Assembly (NCBI GenBank): GCA_963674965.2
Contig: CAXXFL010000005.1
Location: 512,001-576,000 of the forward strand
DNA length: 64,000 nt
Reading direction: 5' to 3'
DNA from: a bacterium
GTDB taxonomy: Bacteria > RBG-13-61-14 > DATKZS01
Program-made: the position numbers and the translations under genes
In this document: positions 38,963 through 48,423 of the stretch, piece after piece
Numbering within the stretch: position 1 is the first letter of the stretch
How the letters are laid out: every line of letters begins with the position of its first letter
Notes under the pieces: model-generated
Told to the model about the DNA's origin: nothing
The model's input: only the letters and a program-made list of their open reading frames with translations
Databases searched by the model: none

Positions 38963-39206
38963 CTTTGGTGTATCGCGTGTCAACTACAAACTCAAAGACT
39001 TGCTTTCAAAGGGACAAGCGCCATTATAGGAGCATAATACATTGATATTAATGGAATATCTTCTGAGAGAAAGATTTTATTCTACCACTTGCCAACTAAA
39101 GGGAAACGAGATACCCTTTAATAACGCTCAAGCTGATTAAAGTATTTGCCACTTTCCTTTAATTACGCTGGGGCTAATTAAATCTCCTTTAATAAGGACG
39201 AATGGC

Positions 39207-40379
39207 ATGAAGAGAGGACTTACTGGAAAATATGAAACCGTAAGCACGGCCGGGGACAAACCTTGCGAGGCTTTTATTCCAAATCCTCTGCCGCCGAACC
39301 CGCCTGTTGATGTAGATTCAAATCTCCAGAAACTGATGGACCATGCTCTTTTGGCTTTGGGACGGCTCGATAGCATAACTACCTTGCTGCCCGACCCTTC
39401 CCTATTCCTTTACACGTACGTTAGAAAGGAAGCCGTCTTGTCATCCCAGATCGAGGGCACTCAATCATCCCTTTCCGATCTGCTCCTATATGAGAGCGGC
39501 GCCGCGCCGGGAGTCCCTCTAACCGATACTCTGGAGGTTTCCAATTATGTGGCGGCAATGTATTATGCTCTTGATAGGATGTTCAAGGATCAGTTCCCTT
39601 TATCCTCAAGACTGCTTTGTGAAATTCACGGGGTCCTGCTTGCCAAAGGACGAGGCAGCGAAATGAATCCCGGCAAATTCAGAAAGCACCAGAACTGGGT
39701 TGGAGGAGATAATTGCCAAAACGCCGTATACGTCCCTCCTCCGTGGCAAAAGGTCCGTGATCTGATCGGCGACCTGGAAAACTTCTTACATGATGAAAAA
39801 CTGGGCTATAACATGCTCATCAAGGCCGCGCTTGCCCATGTTCAGTTTGAGACCATTCACCCTTTTCATGACGGCAATGGAAGACTCGGCAGGCTAATGA
39901 TAATGCTCATCCTGATGAAGGAAGGGGCCATGGGCGCGCGTATGCTCTACCTCAGCCTCTACTTTAAAAGTAAACGCCGGCAATATTATGACCTCCTCCA
40001 GAAAGTGCGGCTGGAAGGCGCCTGGGAGGAGTGGCTCATCTTCTTCATGATCGGGGTTTGGGAAACGTCTGACCAAGCCGTACAAACCGCGAAAAAGTCG
40101 GTGTCAATCTTCAACGAGGACGCCGAAAAAATAAAAGTCCTTGGCAAACCGGCGGGCTCGGCGCTCCGGGTCCATGACGCCATGCAGAAAAATCCCGTCA
40201 TGGCCATTGCCAAAGGAGTTGAACTCACCGGCCTATCGTTTCCCACCGTCAAAAAATCCATCGACCATCTAATAAAACTTGGGATAGCCCATGAGATAAC
40301 CGGGAAGCAAACCAAACGGCTCTACTCATATCATAAGTACATCCAACTGCTGAGTGAAGGGACGGAACCTATAATTTGA
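39207..40379 (+). CDS. Fic family protein (N-terminal extension, Fic domain, C-terminal HTH-like region)
   Basis: KEAVLSSQIEGT; canonical Fic motif HPFHDGNGRLGR; C-terminal TGLSFPTVKKSIDHL..G. Confidence 0.95.
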   Translation: MKRGLTGKYETVSTAGDKPCEAFIPNPLPPNPPVDVDSNLQKLMDHALLALGRLDSITTLLPDPSLFLYTYVRKEAVLSSQIEGTQSSLSDLLLYESGAAPGVPLTDTLEVSNYVAAMYYALDRMFKDQFPLSSRLLCEIHGVLLAKGRGSEMNPGKFRKHQNWVGGDNCQNAVYVPPPWQKVRDLIGDLENFLHDEKLGYNMLIKAALAHVQFETIHPFHDGNGRLGRLMIMLILMKEGAMGARMLYLSLYFKSKRRQYYDLLQKVRLEGAWEEWLIFFMIGVWETSDQAVQTAKKSVSIFNEDAEKIKVLGKPAGSALRVHDAMQKNPVMAIAKGVELTGLSFPTVKKSIDHLIKLGIAHEITGKQTKRLYSYHKYIQLLSEGTEPII

Positions 40380-40561
40380 TTGGTATTGAATTGGTACTAT
40401 AAGGGCAAACGTCACTAACGTAAATCATTGCAATCTCCGATTCTAACCCCCGGAAGATTGAGCATTAAGCGGAAGGCGGCCAGGCATGAAGCTTCGAGTC
40501 AATCCCGGCCTTTATGGCCTTGGGGGCCCGGCGCGCGCGATATAGATATCCACGAGGCCCT

Positions 40562-40596
40562 AAAAAACCCAAGCCGCCCCCATCCGGAGGCGGCTT
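40562..40596 (-). terminator. Terminator after tRNA-Asp
   Basis: AAGCCGCC...GGCGGCTT stem with a T-run on the minus strand. Confidence 0.6.
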
Positions 40597-40629
40597 AGAA
40601 AAATAACTCAACGTTATCAAGTATTTATA

Positions 40630-40707
40630 TGGCGGGGCCGACGGGAGTTGAACCCGCGACCTCTGGCTTGACAGGCCAGCGTTCTAACCAGGCTGAACTA
40701 CGACCCC
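40630..40707 (-). tRNA. tRNA-Asp (GTC)
   Basis: GGGGTCG acceptor, CTGGC-CTGTCAA-GCCAG anticodon arm, GGTTCAA T-loop, CCA end. Confidence 0.97.
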
Positions 40708-40765
40708 CTAATGCAATCCCTTATAGGGTATACCGCATTCTAAAGCGACAAGCGGGATTTCCGAA

Positions 40766-40841
40766 TGGTGGGCGAGACAGGACTTGAACCTGCGACATCC
40801 GGCTTGTAAGGCCGACGCTCTCCCAACTGAGCTACCCGCCC
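40766..40841 (-). tRNA. tRNA-Val (TAC)
   Basis: GGGCGGG acceptor, TCGGC-CTTACAA-GCCGG anticodon arm, GGTTCAA T-loop, CCA end. Confidence 0.97.
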
Positions 40842-40856
40842 TCGCCTAAGGGAATT

Positions 40857-40884
40857 ATTATAACCGGACTTCCGGCAAAGTCAA
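40857..40884 (-). promoter_or_regulatory. Sigma70 promoter for the tRNA-Val/tRNA-Asp pair
   Basis: TTGACT-16 nt-TATAAT on the minus strand. Confidence 0.75.
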
Positions 40885-41068
40885 TTCCCTATCCGCCGCG
40901 CGAAAGGGGACTCATAAAAAAAACTCGATCATCTCCGGGGTTTAAAAAAAACCGCCGCTGATGTTAGAATCGAAACCACGGATGAGATTGTCGACTCAAG
41001 CCATCCAGGCGCCCGGCGACACAATCGAGCGGCCCGGGCCCTTGCCGGTATAAAAGGGAGGTGCTTTA

Positions 41069-43279
41069 GTGTTGATGACGGCGCGCGCGAATCTTGTCGG
41101 GCTTACATTGGCCCTGGTATTATCCCTTCCCCTCTCGAGCCGGGGGGGGGAGGACTATTCCTACCGCTTTCTCTGGCCCGCGGACGTGGGGCTGCCGGGG
41201 CAGGACCTGATCGAGCTTTCCCCACAAGCCGGGGAGAGCGGGGAGGATGACACTCCCCTTGGCCGGATGAGTACCCGGTCCTTTTCCCTTTTGGACCAGT
41301 CAGGCCAGGCCGCGGCCCGGACCACCATATTGACGCCGGAAAAGGACGACCTCATTATCTTCAAGACGGAGATATTGAAGACCATCCCCTCGCCCGCGGG
41401 CAAGTTCGAAAATCCTCATTTCGGGCTTCCCTCGATTCGGCCGACGAAGAAGTACGGCAACGTGCTCAGCTTCAGGGTCGAGGAGTTCGTGACCCCCCTT
41501 CGCTACGCCGTTCCCACCACCGGTCCCGCGGTGGCCTACTCGGACGACCTCGAGGTCCTGATCATAAGTCCCCTCGATAATTTCATGGACGCCCTCCAGG
41601 CCCCGAAAAAAGGAGAGTGGCTCTGCGGCTTCGGGGGTCTCAATAAAAAGATTCCCGCCGGGACAGTGAACTGGACCATGGTCGTCACCGGCCGGGGCTT
41701 CAACGCGACCTTCATGAAATGGGGGCAATACATACAGGGCTGGCACGGCCATAAAACGGTCGATCCCTACGCGGACGTCGCCTTGAGCTATATCGGCTAC
41801 TGGACCGACAACGGGAGCTACTACTATTACCGGACCGAGCCGGGCATGAACTATCATCAGACCCTTCTGGCGGTCAAGGAGTACGCCCTTTCCGAGGGTA
41901 TCCCCTACGCTTATTTCCAGATCGACTCCTGGTGGTATCCCAAGGGCGTCATCGACCTGAAATCCTCCCACGACCGGGGCGGGTTCATGCTTTGGGAGCC
42001 CAACGCGGACATGTTCCCCCAGGGCCTCGAGTCCTTCCATGAGGAGCTGGGCCTGCCCCTGGTGGCCCACAACCGCTACATGGCCGACGAGAGCCCTTAT
42101 TGCGATAAGTACGGGTGCGTCTATCACGACGGGGACAAGCGGCGGGGAGCCGCTCCGGCGGACATGGCCCTGTGGGACGAGATCATGGACAACGCCGTGA
42201 AGTACGGCGTCGAGGTCTACGAGCAGGACTGGCTTTACACTCACATGGACATGGTCCCCTGGATGAGGGAGGACCTGGGAAACGCGGCCTCCTGGTACGA
42301 CGCCATGGCGGAGGCGGCCGGGAAGCGGGGACTTACCATCCAGCTTTGCATGGCCTCGCCCGAGTTCCTGCTCCAGCAGCTAAAGCACCCGGCCGAGACT
42401 CACGTTCGGACCTCCCACGACTACAAGGGCGGTCTGCCCAAGGCCTTCTTCTGGATGCCCTTCCACAAGACCGGGCTTTACGCCTGGGCCGTTGGTCTCT
42501 GGCCCTTCAAGGACAACTTCCAGAGCACGGTGGGCCAGAAGACGACCTATCAGCTCATCCCCGAGGGCAACCCCATGGAGGAGGCCCTGGTGGCGGCCCT
42601 CTCCGGCGGGCCGGTGGGGCCATCGGACGGGATCGGAGGGTCCGACGCGAGCCTCATCATGCGGACCTGCCGCTCGGACGGACTTCTGCTCAAGCCCGAC
42701 CGCCCGGCCACGCCCATCGACGTCATGTTCCTCATCAACAAGAACATCTTCACCGGCGGCAAAAAGCCCTGGGTGGTCACCACCGAGAGCGAGCACGAGA
42801 TCGGCAAGACCACTTACCTCGCGTCCTTCAACCTCTGGCCCCAGAGCGCCTACCAGCCGTGGGTCACCTTCGAGGAGGCGGGCATCTCGGGTCCCCACCT
42901 GGTCTACGACTACCGGGACGCCGCCAGCCGGGTCGAGGACGAGAAAGTCCACTTCGGCTACATGAAGCCCGAGGAGGGCGCCTATTACGTGCTCTGCCCC
43001 ATCCTCGACAACGGCATGGCCTTTTTGGGGGAGGCGAAAAAATTCGTGACCGCCAGCTCGAGGCGCTTTCCCTCCATAGTCCTGGAGCACGGCGAGTTGA
43101 TCGCCGAGGTGGAGGGCGTCCCCGGCGAGGAAGTGGTCCTGACCGTCTTCGCCCCCGGCGGCCTCTCCGAGCTCGAGGGCGACGGCGTCCAAAAGGACGG
43201 CCCGGTACAAGCCGGCGACCTTTCCTCCTTCACCGTCGTTTTGCCGGACTCGGGCAGGACGAAGGTAAGGATGCGCTGA
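41069..43279 (+). CDS. Secreted glycoside hydrolase-like protein (GH27/GH36/Sip1-like TIM barrel)
   Basis: Signal peptide; GYWTDNG, YFQIDSWWY, FPQGL, VYEQDW, QLCM, RTSHDY, ALSGGPVGPSD, CRSDGLLLKPDRPA. Confidence 0.7.
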   Translation: MLMTARANLVGLTLALVLSLPLSSRGGEDYSYRFLWPADVGLPGQDLIELSPQAGESGEDDTPLGRMSTRSFSLLDQSGQAAARTTILTPEKDDLIIFKTEILKTIPSPAGKFENPHFGLPSIRPTKKYGNVLSFRVEEFVTPLRYAVPTTGPAVAYSDDLEVLIISPLDNFMDALQAPKKGEWLCGFGGLNKKIPAGTVNWTMVVTGRGFNATFMKWGQYIQGWHGHKTVDPYADVALSYIGYWTDNGSYYYYRTEPGMNYHQTLLAVKEYALSEGIPYAYFQIDSWWYPKGVIDLKSSHDRGGFMLWEPNADMFPQGLESFHEELGLPLVAHNRYMADESPYCDKYGCVYHDGDKRRGAAPADMALWDEIMDNAVKYGVEVYEQDWLYTHMDMVPWMREDLGNAASWYDAMAEAAGKRGLTIQLCMASPEFLLQQLKHPAETHVRTSHDYKGGLPKAFFWMPFHKTGLYAWAVGLWPFKDNFQSTVGQKTTYQLIPEGNPMEEALVAALSGGPVGPSDGIGGSDASLIMRTCRSDGLLLKPDRPATPIDVMFLINKNIFTGGKKPWVVTTESEHEIGKTTYLASFNLWPQSAYQPWVTFEEAGISGPHLVYDYRDAASRVEDEKVHFGYMKPEEGAYYVLCPILDNGMAFLGEAKKFVTASSRRFPSIVLEHGELIAEVEGVPGEEVVLTVFAPGGLSELEGDGVQKDGPVQAGDLSSFTVVLPDSGRTKVRMR

Positions 43280-43344
43280 CCTTTTTATAACGGCGTGTTT
43301 CAGGGATAATAATCGGGTGATCGAAACGAAAATGGAGGAGTAAG

Positions 43345-44100
43345 ATGAAAGTTAAAATCATGCCTTGTCTCGACATGGAGAAGGGCAGGGTCGTAAAGGG
43401 AGTGCATTTCGTGGACATTCGGGACGCGGGCGACCCCGTCGAGTGCGCTATCGCCTATTGCGACGCGGGCGCGGACGAGTTGGCCCTTCTCGACATCACG
43501 GCCACTGTGGAGGGCAGAAAAACGATGCTCGAGGTCGTCCGGAAAGTCTCGGCGGCGGCCACCGTGCCTTTCACCGTGGGCGGCGGCATTTCCGACGTGA
43601 AAAGCGCGGGCGCGGTCCTCGAGGCCGGGGCGGATAAAGTTTCAACCTCCAGCGCGGCCTTCCGCAAGCCCGAGGTAATAGCGGAAATGGTAAAGGAGTT
43701 CGGCGCGGACAAGATTACCGTGGCCATCGACGTGGACAGGAACGATTCCCTGCCCTCGGGCTATGAGGTTTACATCGACGGGGGAAGAACGGCCACGGGG
43801 TCCGACGCCATCGAGTGGGCCAAGCGGGTCAAAGACTTCGGCGTCGGCTGCGTTCTTCCCACCAGCAAGGCCACCGACGGGGTGAAGACGGGATACGACC
43901 TCCCCCTTATCCGCAAGGTAAAAGAGGTCTCCTCGGCGCCGGTGGTGGCCTCGGGAGGAGCGGGAGAACTCGAGCATTTCCACCAGGCCATCGAGGCCGG
44001 CGCGGAAATACTGCTCGCGGCCAGCGTCTTCCATTTCAATATTATAAAAATTGGGGAACTGAAAAAGTTCCTGAAAGGAAAAGGGCACGAGGTATCGTAG
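43345..44100 (+). CDS. hisF: Imidazole glycerol phosphate synthase cyclase subunit
   Basis: PCLD..GRVVKG, GADEL..LDITA, PFTVGGGI, GADKVS, DGVKTGYD, ASGGAG, LAASVFH. Confidence 0.92.
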   Translation: MKVKIMPCLDMEKGRVVKGVHFVDIRDAGDPVECAIAYCDAGADELALLDITATVEGRKTMLEVVRKVSAAATVPFTVGGGISDVKSAGAVLEAGADKVSTSSAAFRKPEVIAEMVKEFGADKITVAIDVDRNDSLPSGYEVYIDGGRTATGSDAIEWAKRVKDFGVGCVLPTSKATDGVKTGYDLPLIRKVKEVSSAPVVASGGAGELEHFHQAIEAGAEILLAASVFHFNIIKIGELKKFLKGKGHEVS

Positions 44101-44129
44101 AACGACTTGGAATACGCGTCAGATATGGG

Positions 44130-44193
44130 TTGCCGCGGGGTGGCCCATCCACTTTCACAAAATGCATGGGTGGCGCAGCCTTAAAGTGGGTTG
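44130..44193. repeat. REP-like palindrome, left-type unit
   Basis: TTGCCGCGGGGTGGCCCATCCACTTTCACAAAATGCATGGGTGGCGCAGCC...GGGTTG, a direct repeat of 45309-45370. Confidence 0.75.
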
Positions 44194-44630
44194 CGAGTTT
44201 TACTTCCAGGTTGCACTTGTTCGCTATAAGTTTTTCCTCCGCAGGCATATAATAAAGTGTCGCCATTCATAATGTATAAATCTCCAGTAAAAGGAGCGGG
44301 GCATGTATTTTGTGATGAGGTTAAGACACATTCCGAGCCATCAGAATTTTTCATTGTGATTTTCACTTTAGAAAATTTATCGTTAAGCACTTTCATTTTA
44401 ACTATTTGTTCATGATCCCACTTTCGATAAGTTCGGATATCAAACTTTTCGTCAAAGTCAAAGTCCCAATCAATAATAAAATACCGATAAGTAGTATAAA
44501 ATCGCTTATCGACCAATCCATCGCCATTAGTGTCCAATTTAATAAATTGGTAACAAACAAAAGGTAAAATAAATATTATTACAAATATGCCGATCAAGAA
44601 GGCCAGAATTAATTTTACGCTATTCTTCAT
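44181..44630 (-). CDS. AT-rich membrane-anchored hypothetical protein (island gene A)
   Basis: N-terminal TM MKNSVKLILAFLIGIFVIIFILPF; DTNGDGLVD and DFDFDEKFD loops; the stop lies inside the REP unit. Confidence 0.7.
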   Translation of the reverse strand: MKNSVKLILAFLIGIFVIIFILPFVCYQFIKLDTNGDGLVDKRFYTTYRYFIIDWDFDFDEKFDIRTYRKWDHEQIVKMKVLNDKFSKVKITMKNSDGSECVLTSSQNTCPAPFTGDLYIMNGDTLLYACGGKTYSEQVQPGSKTRNPL

Positions 44631-44638
44631 CTCTATTA

Positions 44639-44727
44639 CCACCCAGCCTTGAGAAGCTTATAGCGGCATACCCGTCTCGCTTCGCGAGATCCAAACGGTT
44701 TTTGCAAACCGAATGGCCCACCAGCCC
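44639..44727. repeat. REP-like right-type fragments and mini-hairpins
   Basis: CCACCCAGCC and AATGGCCCACCAGCCC match 45502-45518; TCTCGC-TTC-GCGAGA and CGGTTT...AAACCG hairpins. Confidence 0.55.
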
Positions 44728-44736
44728 ACCAATGGG

Positions 44737-45294
44737 TTACCCCTTCTTTCTCCTCTCCAATTCATTCTCGACCTCCTGGAGTCTTCTCCTGCAATAGGGC
44801 ATTGTCCTATTATCCTTCAGCCAGCCCGTATAATACTCAACAAGCGTCCGCAACTCGATCTCGGACAGACCGCGCAAAGGCTTATCCACGATTTGATAAT
44901 CGAAACCGCCAAGGTCGCTTTCGTTTTCAATCCGGTGAAATTTATCCAACGCGGCTGGAGGTTGAATGGACGCCACCTCGAAAATAGTCTTGTCTAAAGA
45001 AGTCCCGCCTACTATTTTAAGATACTCGTCCACGCATTCGGAATCGATCATAATTTTCCCCGAACCCGCCCAATGCCTGTTCCGCTCATTCCGCTTGACG
45101 CCGGATATCCAGTATTCGTCCCCCGTCTCAAGGTCGAAATAGTTCGAGTAATAGCCCTGGCCGCCTTTTTTGAAAGCCTTGCCGTTGAAGTAAACCGTTC
45201 GCCCGGACTTGGAAAAACCGGCCCTGCCGATCCAGGCCGGGCCATTGTCGTTGTAGCCGGATTTCAACTCGATATACATGATTCTTGTTTGCAC
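44737..45294 (-). CDS. Hypothetical protein (island gene B)
   Basis: GTG start; RIMYIELK, GPAWIG, FSKSGRTVYF, NYFDLETGDEYWISGVK has natural protein character; function unknown. Confidence 0.8.
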   Translation of the reverse strand: MQTRIMYIELKSGYNDNGPAWIGRAGFSKSGRTVYFNGKAFKKGGQGYYSNYFDLETGDEYWISGVKRNERNRHWAGSGKIMIDSECVDEYLKIVGGTSLDKTIFEVASIQPPAALDKFHRIENESDLGGFDYQIVDKPLRGLSEIELRTLVEYYTGWLKDNRTMPYCRRRLQEVENELERRKKG

Positions 45295-45308
45295 GTTTTA
45301 GCCAACCT

Positions 45309-45518
45309 TTGCCGCAGGGTGGCCCATGCATTTTCCCAAAATGCATGGGTGGCGTAGCCGCGGGTTGAGCATTGATATTTTCTAATTCAAGCGCGTTTTT
45401 AACCTTATCCACTTCAAAAAGGGCCTTTCAATACGATTAGCGTCAGAAGCGTTCAGCCCGCGGCTTCGCCGCCCACGCAATATTGAAGACAATATTGCAT
45501 AGATGGGCCACCCAGCCC
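45309..45518. repeat. REPIN-like inverted REP pair with an 80-bp AT-rich spacer
   Basis: 45309-45370 (...GGGTGGCCCATGCATTTT-CCC-AAAATGCATGGGTGGCGTAGCCGCGGGTTGAGC) and inverted 45451-45518 (GTTCAGCCCGCGGCTTCGCCGCCCACGCAATATTG...CAATATTGC...GGGCCACCCAGCCC). Confidence 0.8.
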
Positions 45519-45519
45519 G

Positions 45520-48423
45520 TTATGACCATTCTACGTTGAAATGATCGACTTGATCTAGCATATACAACTCCGCAAGATTTCTTAAGGCTCTCATATAGTT
45601 GTTAAATTTATTTTTTTTCTGATCTATCTCCGCGTATTGGTAATTAGAGCCTTTACAGTCATATGAATTCTCCTCAATATCGTGCCGGATCTTTTCAAAG
45701 ATGTCTTTATTTAAGTTGAGTTGATTCCTGATCGGTTCAATTTGGATGCCTTTTGAATCGTTTATTTTTGCAGTAATCTGTCCACACAGGTCAGAGCACC
45801 TCTTTAGATTGAATCGAAGCGACGAGTTATTAGGAGCGGGGGATTTCAAAAGGTTTTGAATTTCATTTTCAAATGTAGTTAGCCTTTTAATATCGTTTTT
45901 AATATCTGGAACCTCCTTGATCGTGTCAAGTTTTTTATTGAAAATATCACAGAATAATCCGCTTCCAAGAAATACGATATCTTTTACGCTGTATTTCATA
46001 GTATCCTCAATCTGTTTAAAGTTACGGTAGAAGTCCTCAGGCCTAAACTGTTTTTCAGCGACCAGACTTTTCAACTTTTTATTGTTTTTGGTAAGTTTGT
46101 CAATCTCTTGAATAGTTTCAAAGTCATAATTTTTCTTAAGATAATTGTTATATTCCTCAAGCGCGTCAATTGCAGTTGTTCTTATTTCACGATAGATGTA
46201 TAGATTGTCCCTGACGCCATAAGTCCAAAAGTAAGTGTCTTCAGCTTCATTTATTAGATTACATACTCGATTAACGTTGTCAGTGATTTCGTCTCTGTAA
46301 TATTTCCTTTTATTTTCGCTTGTTTCGGTGAACATATATTTATTTACAACTCTTTTCGCCGTGGGCGCCAACTTGGCCACGGATTTGTATAATATTTCCA
46401 AGGTATGCATAACGTTACCTTGTATGCGATGGTCGGGTGCTGGAACAATACCAGTTGAATTTTTCCAATAAAGTATCTGCTTTCTTTCCGTCTCGAGCAT
46501 TTCACCCATGATTTCGCAATATAGGTCAAGCCTTTTATTGAAATTCAGTCGTTCCGCTCTTCTGTCAGGGAATAAAGAAACTTTGCTTCCCCATAAATAT
46601 TCAAAAGTATTGATCAATTGCTGAACATAAAGGCGGCCGTGTTCGGATATGCAGGCGTCTATAGAGATAGCTTCCTCCAAACTTTTTATTTCTGAGTTTT
46701 TGCTTAGCCAAATGAGCCTCTGCCAAGGATCACGGACATTATTTAGTGACCTGATGGTTAAATCGGATGGAATGCCGTGAAATCCAAGATATTTGATCAA
46801 ATCGTAAACGTTGCTTCTGCCCGGTAATAAATATTTAAGCAAGTATAATTTTGTAAGGCTGGGGACGGTATAATTTTTGCCTATTTCAACTGGCTTGAAA
46901 ACTTCAACGGTGTGAGAGGATAAGGCGTTTTTATAATCAAACATGAGGGGTTTGACTAGCTCAACGTATCTCGTTAACTTAAAATATGATTCATCGTTGG
47001 TCAGTATTTGATCAACGGCGGCTTTCAACTGCTCATTGGATGTATATAATCGTTCTATAAATGAAACCGCGTTTCTAAGGGCGTAACGAGCGCTCGTGCC
47101 AACGTGGGAATCGAAACATAACGCCAATTCCTTCTCCATATCTTCGGGGATTTCGATCCTTAGGAATTTCTTATTTTCCTCATGGATCCAATTTCCTGAA
47201 TTATATTCATCGACTAGGGGCTTACTCATGCCTTGTTTTAATATGCGACTGAACACAACGCAAGTCGCCATTAAATGATTGTACTCTTTCACATCGGATT
47301 TTGTGCCGCATGTTTGATGAATGTCATAGAGTAATTGGTCCCTGTTTTTGTTAAATAGATTACTTTTAAGTCTTTTGAAAAGCATATCAAAGCAGTTCGG
47401 GCTATAATGGGCGACACAATTCACTATACCTGTAAATCTATCATCAATGTCAATTGCACTCGGCCTAATGGGAATAATGATTTTAAATTGGCGACATTGA
47501 CGAAATTTTCGAGAGATATCCTGGACTAACTTTTCAATGGTTTTTGTTCTCAACGGGTCAAGATTGTCAATTATTATAACGTTTCTTCCATTAGACGATA
47601 AGCAATTTCTAGCTGAATAACTTGCGAGCGCGGAAGCAAGAGTTCCAAGGTCATCGCTATTCAAACCGCTCAATTTTAACGTCCAATTATTAAAATAAAC
47701 ATTCAATGTACTGATAATATTTGCTATATTATCGCTGGAAGGGGATATATCGCAAATAATCTCATCAATTCGATCGATCCCAAGCAATACGTCAGGAACA
47801 TTCAGGTCCGATTGCGTATTGAACCACCAAAACAAGTCTGAAAACGTTATCGCGAGTTTTAGTTTCGTTATCTCTTGAGATGTCAATTCTTTGACATCTT
47901 TAGTATCTTTATGGCAAGAGCACCACCAGTTATTTAAAATCATTTCCTGAAGCTTCTGATTTATTGATTTATAGATTTTCTTTTTTGATTCAGAAAGCGA
48001 CGTTTCTTCATCAAAATTATTGCAACAGATATAAAGAGGTTGTTTATAGCAACTAGGCATCGAGCATTCACACATAATATGGTCAGTCGGTGAATCATTA
48101 TTTTCGGTTGAATTGGTAAATAGGTCCATAATATGTTTGGCCGTGGCGGTTTTCCCCCCACCTATCCCGCCTACTACCAAATAAATATTCGACTTTTGTT
48201 TGTTCATCTGAAAGACGGATTTTATTAAGTCCTCATAATCGCTGTACCCAAGGTCAGTATAATCTAAAAATTGTAGCTCATCTTTATAATATTCAATTTT
48301 TCTTGTCCCTTTGGTATAATCTTCGTCCGTTGGCTGACCGTCCGCAAATACAACGTTCTCTAAAAAATACTTAACTCGGTTTGCCGATGACTTGAAATCG
48401 AAATTATCCATGCCGCCTCCCAT
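45520..48423 (-). CDS. Large AT-rich P-loop NTPase (967 aa; island gene C)
   Basis: Walker A IYLVVGGIGGGKTA; Walker B VIIIDNLD; IIIPIRP strand; probable winged helix (LYLLKYL...ISEHGRLY); helical C-terminus; strongly AT-rich codons. Confidence 0.85.
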   Translation of the reverse strand: MGGGMDNFDFKSSANRVKYFLENVVFADGQPTDEDYTKGTRKIEYYKDELQFLDYTDLGYSDYEDLIKSVFQMNKQKSNIYLVVGGIGGGKTATAKHIMDLFTNSTENNDSPTDHIMCECSMPSCYKQPLYICCNNFDEETSLSESKKKIYKSINQKLQEMILNNWWCSCHKDTKDVKELTSQEITKLKLAITFSDLFWWFNTQSDLNVPDVLLGIDRIDEIICDISPSSDNIANIISTLNVYFNNWTLKLSGLNSDDLGTLASALASYSARNCLSSNGRNVIIIDNLDPLRTKTIEKLVQDISRKFRQCRQFKIIIPIRPSAIDIDDRFTGIVNCVAHYSPNCFDMLFKRLKSNLFNKNRDQLLYDIHQTCGTKSDVKEYNHLMATCVVFSRILKQGMSKPLVDEYNSGNWIHEENKKFLRIEIPEDMEKELALCFDSHVGTSARYALRNAVSFIERLYTSNEQLKAAVDQILTNDESYFKLTRYVELVKPLMFDYKNALSSHTVEVFKPVEIGKNYTVPSLTKLYLLKYLLPGRSNVYDLIKYLGFHGIPSDLTIRSLNNVRDPWQRLIWLSKNSEIKSLEEAISIDACISEHGRLYVQQLINTFEYLWGSKVSLFPDRRAERLNFNKRLDLYCEIMGEMLETERKQILYWKNSTGIVPAPDHRIQGNVMHTLEILYKSVAKLAPTAKRVVNKYMFTETSENKRKYYRDEITDNVNRVCNLINEAEDTYFWTYGVRDNLYIYREIRTTAIDALEEYNNYLKKNYDFETIQEIDKLTKNNKKLKSLVAEKQFRPEDFYRNFKQIEDTMKYSVKDIVFLGSGLFCDIFNKKLDTIKEVPDIKNDIKRLTTFENEIQNLLKSPAPNNSSLRFNLKRCSDLCGQITAKINDSKGIQIEPIRNQLNLNKDIFEKIRHDIEENSYDCKGSNYQYAEIDQKKNKFNNYMRALRNLAELYMLDQVDHFNVEWS

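Noticed and set aside
44130-45522. Integron attC cassette array
   Set aside because: Genes B and C end in TAAC, but RYYYAAC/GTTRRRY boxes do not match or pair convincingly, there is no IntI in the window, and the repeats match the REP family at 58.5-59.5 kb.
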